A stretch of DNA of 64,000 bases, taken from positions 1,922,001 to 1,986,000 of the forward strand of contig MU058636.1 of the NCBI GenBank assembly GCA_013265495.1, given 5' to 3'. The notes under the pieces are model-generated. The model saw only the letters and a list, made by a program, of their open reading frames with translations, ran no database searches and had not been told where the DNA came from. A program made the position numbers and the translations under genes. The number at the start of each line of letters is the position of its first letter. Position 1 is the first letter of the stretch. Positions 36,661-48,400 of the stretch are shown one piece after another. This DNA is from Vicugna vicugna (taxonomy: Eukaryota).

Positions 36661-38844
36661 AAAAAAAAAAAAAGCAAAAGACGACTTCTCATTTCTCAAT
36701 AAGACATGGGTTTAGATGATCTTGAACTGATATTTTGCACAAGGAATAAGCTGGTTTTAGAAATGAAATTTCTCTCTCCATTTTTAAATTCCAAGTCACT
36801 TTACTGAGAAAACAATTAAGAACAGTGGAAGACTTTCAAAACATTTATTGCTTTGTTGTCAGCTTTTGATTGTTAGGAAAGGCAATTATCTTGGCATGGA
36901 TCCCAAACTAAAACTGTCTTTTACTGAAAGACATTTTTCAGTAAGTAATCAGGTGGGCAGTACTAAATATTAAGTAGCTGCAGCTGACAATCGTTAGTTG
37001 TTGTGGTCAGGCTGGTAGTCAGCTCACCTGGGAAGGCCTTAGTGTTGTCGTTCCCTTCAGAATCGTGCTCACCAGCATCTTGCAGCACTGCAGTTACTTT
37101 CTGATTGAGGAGACTAATAATGTATGTCTTAAAAAAAATTTAATGTTTAAACAGTGTACTGTATATGCTGTGGTGTGGAATAGTAGGATCTTAGCTGGCT
37201 GCTTGTTAAGCCTCTTGATTCATCTAAAATTGCTGGCTCAGGACTTTTTATTTTTGTTTTTGCTATAGGCATTGCTGTGGCTAATCTTGGTGCAAAGCTA
37301 GGATGACTTCCATAAGGACCAGTTTGCCAGATAGACCTTGTGGCTTTTAAAACAATGCCAGCTTACCTCTCTGGAGGTCTGGTACTTTGTGCAAATGACT
37401 TACTCTTTAGTAAATGACACAGCACACATATACTGGGCACTGACTGGGAAGCTTAATTTAATTATCAAACATTTCCTGAACACCTTTGTGCCAGATAGCA
37501 TACAGGTGTTGGGGAGTAAGAGATGCATGGTTCCTTCCATTTATAAATGCGTGGCCTAGTAAAGGATTTTGAAATGGATACATTTTGGCATAGTATGATA
37601 TGCTATAGATATAAAGTGTGTAACAAACACTGTTCAGGGATGTTTTGGAAGAGGCGTTATTTCAACTGGTTTTTGAAAGATGTATGATGCACATGTGGTA
37701 GAAGAGACGGGCATGCCAGGCAGATGAGAACAAGGACGCAGGCTTTGAGAGAAAGCGTCATACATGATTTTGTTCTCTGGTCCTCTAGTGTGGTGAGTAG
37801 GCTCTACTATGGAGAGTGGTGTCAGAGGACAGATTGTGTGGCCACGTTGTGAAAGCCATTCTGGGCCGTGCTGGTGAAGTGATGAGGTCTGTGTCTTAAG
37901 AAGACACTTTTTTTGGGCTTCTAAAGGTGGGAATAGGGAAATCATTCAGATTAGGCTTAATAATAGCTGGAAGGAGAAATACTAAGGACTTGATTTTGGC
38001 AAGTGGAAATGAAATATAGGGGGCATATTCGAGAGATTGGACAGAGCAACTACTTGGGGGGGATGGATGAGAGAGAGAAAGGAGCTAAGGATAAACTTTA
38101 GCTTCAAAGTACCTCTCACATGTCTAGTTGGAGACATTTAATAATAGGCAGTTGTAAATGTAAGTCTGGACTTTAGGAATGACAGAAATGGAATGTGATT
38201 TTTGGAGGCTTTGAAGTACGACTGTTCTGGTTTCAAATCTCATCACTGGCACTGCCGCCAAAATGGTCATTGAATGATGTACATCTGAAAGAACTGTTGA
38301 GATTGTGCATATAAAGCAATACATGGTGACTGGTATTAGTTCATATCTGTCTGTCTATCTCAGCCAGGAATGAATGTTTCAAAGCAAAAGAATGGAATTC
38401 AAGAGGGAAGTATTGGTCTAGGTAGATCACTGAAAAGCTAAGTACTTGAACCGTGTTGTTGGCTCTTTATGGAATTACTTCAGTTGGGTTGTGGTTTAAT
38501 ATTATGTTTTCTGCTTCTATTGAGAATGACTATAAAGTGTTTCTGGAAATCTTCCTTACAACTGTATTGAAGATGCATTATGTTAAGTGCACCATATATA
38601 AAAATCCTTGTGATAATTTCTCTAAAGAGTTTAGTACTAGCAAGTATGTTTGCTCTAAGAAATTGGTGTTATTTTATCAGGTGAGTTTTTTTTTTTAACT
38701 TAAATGTTTTCTTTTTTTATCTTGGCCTTTTATAAACTTCTGAGCATACTGTTCATCTGAAATATTTTTCTTTAGCCTATGTTTTTGGTTTAATGGTTCC
38801 CATTTTAATCTTTCATTTTTATTACATGACTTTTTTTTTTTTTT

Positions 38845-39242
38845 GACTTAAAGAACAAAAATTTATTGCCTTAACAGCTTTGGAGCCTAGAAGTCCAGGA
38901 TTAGGGTGTTGGCTGGTTTAATTTCTTCTAAGGGCTGTGAGAAATTATCCATTCTGTGTTTTTCAATTAGCTTCTGGTGGTTTGTTGGTAATCGTTGGTG
39001 TCTTTGGCTTATAGAAGCATCATCCTAATCTTTGCTTTCATTTTCACGTGTGTGTGTTTGTGTCCAAATTCTCCCTTTTTATAAGGTCATAAGTCGTATT
39101 GGATTAGCGCTCACCCTAATGACTTCATCTCATTGAATCACACCTGCAATAACCCTATAGCCAATAAGATCACGTTCTGAGGTACTGAGAACTAGGACAT
39201 GAACATAGGAATTTTGGGAGGAGCACAGTTCAACTTGTAACA
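38845..39242 (-). mobile_element. MLT1 LTR
   Basis: ACAGCTTTGGAGCCTAGAAGTCC...ATTGGATTAGCGCTCACCCTAATGACTTCATC...AATAAGATCACGTTCTGAGGTACTG. Confidence 0.8.
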
Positions 39243-40779
39243 GTTGTTGAGTAGGTAGCACAATGAGGTAGTGCACATAAAATGCCTCGGACATTTGACA
39301 TATGATCAGTGCTCTGTGCTGCTGAGGCCTCACTTCTCTCTGATAATCACCGGTATTGGATAATGATGCTTCATTGTTGGGTGGGGAGTTTAAAATGTGG
39401 AATTGATCTCATTATGGCTCTGCACAGAAACTTTATTGTGAGGATTGGAAATACAGTGTTTGTAGTCATTAATTACTGTTTTCTCATACTTCCCTTGGAC
39501 TTTTTTCTTAGTTGATTAGCTTTGAGGGAATTCCAGCTCTTCAGACAGATCAGTATGTCCTGCCCAGCCACCTGCTTTGGATTCAAGTCTTTGCTTCCAG
39601 ATGACTCCTGTGGGTTTTGTAATAGATGTGTCAAATGTTCCAAGCTACCTTTTCACTATTTATATTTTAAAAAACCATAAGAAATTTCCCATAATGCATT
39701 CTATACAAAGAACATATTAGTGTTTCATTAGAAAGTAAGCTAACCTTTACAAGTAAATTTATAAATAGATAAAAGTTTTAACCACAAAAAGTAACCGCTT
39801 GGCACCTAATAATGTCCAGGTATGCCAGTATACTGAATTATCCACACAACGACACTGGAAAGTAGATCTTACGACTTCCGTTTTACAGAGGTGCAAACTG
39901 AGACTTAGACTAAAAATGCTGTCGAGGATCAGTTGTTGGCAACTGACTGAAACAGACGTTGTGGGCAGTTGTATTTTCTCAAAGTCTGGTCTGTGCTCAT
40001 TCCACAGTCAGTAGAGAAAAGGATGGTGTGAGTGTCTCCTGAGTGGTCAGAGGAGTGCCTGTTTCTTGCACCTGCATCCACTGCTCTGTCTCATAGCATC
40101 TCTGTCTCCCTGCCTCATCAGAAAAATGGAGGCAATAATATCAATGAGACTTAGATTACATTGTAATCTTTGATCTTTTGGAAACATCTGTGTAAGGTAC
40201 TCAGTTTTCTCCCAGATGGATACATAGGTCTTAAGTCTATTTACTGAATAATCCCCTTTTTCTTCACTGATCTTTAAAATGTGGCTTTATTGAAGTACAA
40301 TTTACATACTAAAATTCACCCATTGTAGATGTACAGTTCAGTTGTTTTTAGTGAATTTACAGTCATGCAACAATCACGATTTTTACAAGAAACTTTTAAG
40401 ATACTGTTTCTTTGCTTTTCATAACTTTTCATTGATGTTTACAGGTAGATGGTGTGAGTCTCAATTACAGATGACGGTATAATATCCATTTTAAAACATT
40501 TTGCCCAAGACATTGTAGTCTAGATCTAGTAAGTGGCAGAACAGAGACTCAAACCCAGCACTTTTAGGAAATACTAGAGTAAGTTGAGAACAGATAGGTG
40601 AGGGCTTTTTAATGTCACGCTAAGAAGTCTGGATTTCATCCCTTAGAATGAGCATTGCCAGCATCTTGTCTGTGTTGTCCTATTTGGCAGAGGAGAACCA
40701 CTCACTATTTTCAGCGGGGCTCCTTTTGTTTTTTAAAAAGTATGTTCTATGGAACTCCAGTCTCTCAAGCTGCTCCAGA

Positions 40780-41668
40780 ACTTAATTACTATTAGTCTAC
40801 TGTTGGTTGGAAGCCTTACTGATGAAATAAACAGTTGATTAATATATTTTCTTCTATGTTATATGTATTATATACTGTATTCTTACAATAAAGTAAACTA
40901 GAGAAAAGAAAATGTTATTCAGAAAACCATAAGAAAGAGAAAACACATTTCCAGTACTGTACTGTATTTATTGATACTGTAAGTTCATGTCATCTGTTAA
41001 CAGATGAATCATTTTATGTCAGTACCTACATCAATATATATGACACAAAATACTAGAGGTGTCATACATTTTACTAACACTGGACGTTAAAGATGAAAAG
41101 ATAATGTGAAAAGGAAATTCATATTTATTTATAGGTATAATTACTGTGCGTTGATAAGGAAGCAGCAGCAATAGAAGTGATATGACGGCTTCACAATAGC
41201 CTAGCCTGTACACTAATGAATGAATTGTTATAAAATCTCTATAGCACACAGTGCTACAGACATGTTCATAATATAGCACTGGAAATGTTACTTTAAAAAA
41301 ACCACTTACCTGTGCTGATAGGTTGATACGCGGTTTCTCCAGGTAGGAGAGAGTGAGGCACACTGTACAGTAATGTAATCCTTTAAAAGCAAAGCTATAA
41401 AACAGTGAAAAAAAACCTAACACATTGTTAATGTTATGTTAACTATCACTTACCTTATGCCTGTGGAGGGATAGACTAGTATCTACGTCTACATATATTC
41501 TGTGCATTTATGACATACCGAATTTTTTCTTAATTTTTTGATATTTCTAGGCTATGCAGTTCATCTGTGAGTTTTTCAAATTGTCATAAATCTCCAAAAA
41601 ATTTTCCAATGTATTTGTTTAATTGGATCCATGCAATTCAAACCTGTATTGTTCAAGGGTTGAGTGTA
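40780..41668. mobile_element. Tigger2-like DNA transposon fragment
   Basis: TATATACTGTATTCTTACAATAAAGTAAACTAGAGAAAAGAAAATGTTATT and terminus TTCAAACCTGTATTGTTCAAGGGTTGAGTGTA. Confidence 0.75.
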
Positions 41669-42293
41669 CTCACCAGGAAGTAGCATCTAAAAGGTACTGT
41701 CCATCGCTTTGTTGATGTATGGTAGATTATTTCTGCAGTTACAGTCAGTCATTCTCTACTGACTATTCTACCCTAGAGCCAACCAACAGCTTGTCTGTAT
41801 TCCTCAGCTCTGTCCCATTGCTACCACTGGAGAATTGGTTCTACTGAATTGTGAGTTAATGGGGGATTGCTGATCTGTTTCATGAGATGTGTTATGAGAA
41901 ACAGTCCTGACGAACTTGTCTCCGTTTAGCATATGAAGAGTTGGGAGAAATTGCAGTGGTTTATAGTCCCCTCTCCTCTTGCAAAGTTAAAGAAAACTTA
42001 ATGAGAAAACTACAGATGCAGTGTGGTTTGTTTCTTCATGTTGTGCTTGGTGGTTCTCAGGTGACTAATACAAAATAGCTATCTCTGTGGGAAGAAAATT
42101 ATTCAACTTGAGTATTGTTTAACAAATTTTTGGAGTTGAGCCAGTTTTATTTGGTTCTGCCTTTTGTTATGAACAAGTAAATAAAAGTAAGTGTGACAGA
42201 TTTGAAACTTCAAAACTTATTTGAAAACAGAGAAACGACATCAGTGTTCTGTGTTTTTAAATAATTTAGACTTGGATTTTCCTTCTCTTTCAG

Positions 42294-42415
42294 TTCCTGG
42301 AATAGATGGAGGTGCTTTGACTGATACGAGTCTCACAGATTCCTATTTCAGCACCAGCTTCATTGGCGTTAATGGCTTTGGAAGTCCTGTAGAAACGAAG
42401 TATCCCTTGATGCAG
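42294..42415 (+). CDS. PAN3: PAN3 exon 2 (122 nt)
   Basis: Acceptor TTTTCCTTCTCTTTCAG; (I)PGIDGGALTDTSLTDSYFSTSFIGVNGFGSPVETKYPLMQ; donor CAG|GTATT; phases 1 to 0 fit exon 1. Confidence 0.96.
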
Positions 42416-42966
42416 GTATTGTTAGTGTGAATTTATATGGCACTAAATTTTGAAGTTTTTCCAAAGAGGGAGACATGTAGAGTCTTCGTTTATCCCCAGA
42501 TTTGTTTAGTGGGAGGTGGAGTTTTAGGAGGTGCTGAGGAGGGGGGTGTACAGGTAAGCCGTCTCCTGTAGGTTTGGAGTCAGGGTGAGCTTTTAAGAGT
42601 GGGGTCGGAGTATGTAGAGAATGGCTACAGAGAGACTAGTTTCACACCTCTGTGTGTTTGTGAGTATGGAATGATGGCCTTTTGGGATAGTGAGACCATA
42701 GAAGCTGGGGAGGGTGCTAAGGAAACATGGGACATATTTAGAGAGCAGAGAGTAGCCTAATTTTATAGCATCTGTAGAGTATACAAAGGCTCATACGCAT
42801 TGGGAGAGGATATTAGAGAGCACTTACTGAATTATGCATAGTCACCTTACATCTTCTCGGATGGATATTGTAATTTATATTTTATGGACAAGGAAATGTA
42901 GTTGTTATGTGTCTTGCCCAGGCTGATAAGTTACGGAAGTGCAATTCAAAATAGTGCAATTCAAAA

Positions 42967-43247
42967 CAGACATAGAAAACAAACTTATGGTTACCAAAGG
43001 GAAAAGGAGGGGAGGGATAAATTAGGAGTTTGGGATTAGCAGATACAAACTAGTATATATAAACAATAGATAAACAACAAGGTCCTATTGTACATCACAG
43101 GGAACTATATTCAATATCTTGAAATAACCCATAATGAAAAAGAATATGCAAAAGAATATATATATGTATGTATAACTGAATTGCTATGCTGTGCACCAGA
43201 AACTAACACAACACTGTAGATCAACCACACATGAATTAGAACAGAAA
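42967..43247 (+). mobile_element. 5'-truncated cetartiodactyl L1 3' end inserted in a MIR-like remnant
   Basis: CAGACATAGAAAACAAACTTATGGTTACCAAAGGG...GGAGTTTGGGATTAGCAGATACAAACT...CAGAAACTAACACAACACTGTA. Confidence 0.85.
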
Positions 43248-43497
43248 AATAGGTCTGTGACATTGGTTTTAAATACTTGGCTAGTGAGTAAAATTTTCAT
43301 TTGATGTGTTAGAGTATTTAGAAGTTTTCGCATAGATGATGGTAATCCAAGCAGCAACGTTTATAGGAGGATTAGAGTGTGATGTGAACCATGGATTGGA
43401 GGGGAAGGTGCAAAAAGGGTCAATTTTAGCTTAACTAGTTGAATATTCTTAATTCTGTATTCCTCGTGATATTATGTATTTATATTTTATTTTTCAG

Positions 43498-43564
43498 AGA
43501 ATGACTAATAGTAGCAGTTCCCCAAGCCTTCTAAATGACAGTGCCAAGCCATATGGAGGCCACG
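43498..43564 (+). CDS. PAN3: PAN3 exon 3 (67 nt)
   Basis: Acceptor TTTTATTTTTCAG; RMTNSSSSPSLLNDSAKPYGGH(D); donor G|GTAAGA; phases 0 to 1. Confidence 0.95.
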
Positions 43565-45395
43565 GTAAGACTTGGTCTCTTTTCTCTCTCTTGGACTCTG
43601 AAAGTAATATGTCCATTATAGAAATTTTCAAAGTTATTGATAGATAAAAGGAAGAAAATAAGAATGATGTGATCTTTACACTCAGAGATAACCATTAAGA
43701 TTTGGACATATGCAGACACACACATATATGTAATACATAATAATACTCAAGATCATAATAAATATACTTTTAAATGGTAATGTGAGTGTTTCTTGCTCAT
43801 TATAAATTGAATTTTGTTGTTTATTTTCATAACGTACTTAACTAATTTTGTTTCTGTTCTTTTTTAAAAAAAGACTGTTGGAGTCCAATACACTCCAGTA
43901 TTGGACTATGTGTATGAATCTGTGTTCATGTTTTGAGTTACTTCTTTTGGAACGTTCTTAGATGTGGAATTGTTGTTTCAAAGATTATGGACATTTTTAA
44001 GGTTTCTGATACAGAATTTCCTTTTTGTGTCCCAGTTTACAAACAAGTATCTTTCTGTATCCTGTTTTAAAAATAAATGTTCAGTAATTTTTAAAAAAAC
44101 AATGTAACAAATGAGTGTTATATTCTCTATCAGTAAAGTGTTAACAATTATTAATAATGATGAGGAAAAGAATTGCATTTATTTCCTGAGATAGACATTT
44201 TATGTGTGTGTATCAAGTGTCTATCACTACTTGGAAATTTCAACCTTTGTTCCTTTGCTGTAGGAAAAAAACAACATTTTAATACTGAATAAAATTATTA
44301 GAAACTGATGTGTAGTATTATAATATTTTGACATGCCCATAGAGTTTATAGGCTGACTTTTAAATGATCTCAAAGGTAGCGTAACGGATGAGTAATACCT
44401 ATTTTTAAGAGTCTTGAATGTGTAAATTACACAAAAATCTTGTCTTTTATTAGCTTCTTTCTCTTTGTATTATTAGTTATATTAAATTAAAGCTAATTCT
44501 GATGAAGAACTAGACTATGAAAATCCAGATGAAGCCAGAGAGATTAAGCAGCAATTTATATGTACTGCATTATAAGGAGATCTAAGGTTCCTTTAAGAAC
44601 ATTTACTATATTTTGTAGGATTTCATAGGTTATTTAGTGAGAAACAAGATTGACTAAAGCTCAGAAATGAAATGAAAAATATTTCAATGTATATCATACA
44701 TTCCTTCTCAGAAACCCTTCTGATTTGTTAAGTGAGAAACAATTTAGAGATATATTTTTGCTTGTAACTTTTGGCCATGGAGTAATAGAGCTTTGAACCT
44801 GTACATTCTTTGGATTTCATGTTTATATTGTGAAATATATAGCATTTCCGTCTTTAAAAACTTAATTTACCTTCTCTTTTTACTAAGAATATCGAACATC
44901 TGGTGACAAGTGTAAAAATGCGGACAGTCCTGTAGGGTAGATGGTTCTAGGGCCTAAGTGTGAAAATCTGTATCCAGTCCCTTAGAGTGTGTTTGACTTC
45001 CCTCCCCTCACCCCACCCTGTTCTTATTTTTCTTATCATTTGGTCCCAGGAACACACACTAGAGGTAGATTTCCTTCATGAACACGTTCCTGATAACATG
45101 GTTAAAAGTCGCTTTTTTTTCCTGTTTGATTTTTCTTTTGGTTTTAAGCAAACAGATGCATCCTAATCGATACAGCTTCTGAATAAATGTGTGCTGAATA
45201 TCGGCTGAATGACTTGTTCGTGTCTCATTCACTCAGAAAATATTTGAACTTCCACTATGTGTTAGGCATTGAGTTTAACTATTATTGTGGTATATGGCTT
45301 TTATTACTATTTTATAAGCATTCAAATTAAACATTTATGAAATTGATAGGTTTCCTGAGTTGTCTGTATGGAAACTTATGTAACTTACCTTCCAG

Positions 45396-45466
45396 ATCCT
45401 CTAACTTCACCTGCTTCATCCTTGTTTAATGATTTTGGTGCCCTCAACATCTCTCAGAGAAGAAAG
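45396..45466 (+). CDS. PAN3: PAN3 exon 4 (71 nt)
   Basis: Acceptor CTTACCTTCCAG; (D)PLTSPASSLFNDFGALNISQRRK; donor AAG|GTAGGT; phases 1 to 0. Confidence 0.95.
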
Positions 45467-48400
45467 GTAGGTGAGATGGAAACTTATGTGAAACTAAATG
45501 GAATGTAGTGGGGATACTGGGATGTTTACGTGATGGTCAGTGTTCTCTTAAGTTGGGGGAGGGCTGCTTATGGGCTGTAATACTTCTCTTGCTTTTTGTT
45601 TACCTTTTTTCTTGTTGCATATCTCTTACATGTAGAATTTTATTTGATCTCTGTACATGAAATAGAGACATTCTATGTGAAGGGATGAAATCCTCCTGCT
45701 TATTTTTCCTCATTTTCTTTATCTTGGCATATTCTGTTTTCAAGGTAACATCTGATGTAGTGCTGTGGTTGCTGTTATGTCACACATTGTAGGCATATTC
45801 ATCATCTGTTAACTTTATTTTCTGACTGCTTTGTTTAAACTTCAAAGATTTCTCCCCTAATTTAAACTCCTCATTAAACTTAAAATTGTCAACTATTCAT
45901 AATTGGCCTCACTATTTAAAAACAGTTTAAAAATCTCTTCATATTAGAAATTTAATTTTATTTGAAATTGAGGTTGGTAGACCATGAATAGGTTTTTAAG
46001 GACTTTATAGTATATTATAGTTTGATGCTTTTGAGTCTTAATGATAATCATTATGTTAATAATAATTGTAATCTAGAGAAAGTGGTGTTTTGGTTAAGGT
46101 CAGTAGCACCTAAAGATATTCAGGAGATTGATGGAGATTAGAGTTATAACTAATTCAGATTTGTAAGTAATAGGAGAAAAATCTGGAGGAAAAGAATATT
46201 AATTTTAGAGAAGTGATATGAGCTTATGATGCTTTTAGGAAGTGTCTGATCTGAGGGTCGGATAGATAGAATTTCAAGAAGACTAGGTGTTTTGAAGACC
46301 AAAAATTACAGGCTCAGGTACAAATTACATCAGTGCCTCATGTACCTAGTATTATCTGCATTTTGAGACATAGATGAGAACAAGGAGGTAATTACAAAAT
46401 GCTTTTAAGCAACTGGAATTTGTAGACTAAAATGTATGGGTTTTAATTTGATTTTGTAGACTTCCTTATAGGCTCTCACAATGAACACTTTTACTCTTGC
46501 TTTAGGTACTGCTCTCATAAATAGGGGTGTGTATTTCCTAACCCCCAGAGTAGAGGTTGCATAGAGTTGGACACAGCCAGACTCATTGGGGGCGGTGAGC
46601 AGGGGTGGTAGACAAAGCCTCTGAGTAAGGAAGGAAATGGTCCAATGCTGAAAAGCAGGTACAGCCTGGAAATCAGGTTATCTGGAGCTACTCAGCATTG
46701 AGGGAAATAAAAAGCCCTTAAGTAGTCTTAGGGGCCCACCAGTGGTTTTTTCACATTAAAAAAAATAATAATCAGTTAAAGTGATGAGTAGCATTTCTGA
46801 TGTATGAGTAGAAAGTAAAAGTGGAATGACAAATACACATAAATATTCCTTAATGTGAGGGTTTGATGGACTGCATCTTAAAGTTGAAACATATGATTTA
46901 GGGCTACTGACATTTATTTTTGAGAAAAGAGTAAAAATCTCTGGAGATTGGGAAAAGGAGATTATAATACCCATTTAAAAAATTTATTTTAGTTGAGGAA
47001 AATAGTAGAAGGAAATGTTACTACAAGTATGACCCCTATATTTGGAGAAATATTAGAATATATCCAAACGGAAACAGATTAGTATAGTGAAACACGTACT
47101 TCGCTGCAATGCTTGAGGTCCTGGATCTTTAGCTTTGTGACCTTGGGCCAGCTTCCTAGGCTGTAATCTTCACATCTGTGAAACGACGAGCATGGCTTGG
47201 GTAATTGCTGTGGTGTGTCTCATCTCTAGAACTCAGTGTCTAGTTAAACTAAAAGGACCTGCATGTTAGCCTCTACTTAGAAATTCAGGACTTATATAGT
47301 ATATCTTTGAAGGACCATATTTTCTTGCCATTTACATTTAAAATATGTAGAGACATAGAGGTGTCCCCCCTGCAACACGTGTGCTATATAAAGTTAGGAG
47401 TCTGTGTGTGTACAGGCTGCATATATTTTAAAATTGTTAATGGTTGAGTTGAGAAGGTTTAAAATCCCTTTATGTTAGACATACTCTTGACATGAGAGTA
47501 CTGCATGCTGTGAATTGAAGGCATATGGGAACTTTGTCTATTTTTCTTTTGTTGTAGTAATTCATGTCAGTTTAATCATGTAATTATAGTGGAAATAACT
47601 CCAATTTATGAAAATGTTTAATCGTAATTCCAGATTGATCTAAGCAAGCTATCATGATTACTCAGTGACATTTTATTTCATAATGAGTTTGGAAAACAAG
47701 TAGTTAAGCCTTACTTAATACTATCTCATAGCTAGTTAGCTAAGTTATTTTCTGAAAATCTCTGTTGGCCCAATCCCTGGGCCACGTATGCTGCCTTTTG
47801 CACGTGGGATCTGTGAATCATTTGGATCAGATCAGTCAGATATTTTTACTGTAGGCAGTCTTACTGTGAGCTGTGTGGAAAATTTAAAAAGAATGGGGTG
47901 ATGTTTTTCCTGCTTTCCCCAAATCTGATTCAGGAGACAATGGAGGAATCTTCTAGAGAACATTACACAGCAGCGCGGTGACTGGTGCCAGTTAAATGTC
48001 GGATGACTGCTAGATAGCAGGGAGCTCTCTGGGTCAGAAGCGTTTATGGGGAAAATAGGTTTTGAGTTGTGGTTTTGAAGATGAGGAATATGGAGAAGCA
48101 AAGATACTAAGCAGAAGGTTCTTTTTGATAACTAGTGGAGAGTTGGAATCTTCAATAAATTTTAAAATTCTCTTCAATCATAGATGAGCTAAGACACTGT
48201 GGCTGAGGGCCTTGTATCTATAAGGACTTGTTAAAACAAAATGTGTGATGTGAAAAACAGTACAGAGAGGGTCATAGCCATTCGTCTGAATTGACTTGTT
48301 GTTAGATAATGTGAAAAAATTCTGAAGAGTTGTGTGCTGAGAATTTATGCCTGCTGCTCATAGTGTGTCAGGGGACCAGAGCTAGTCCATGAGTTGTACC

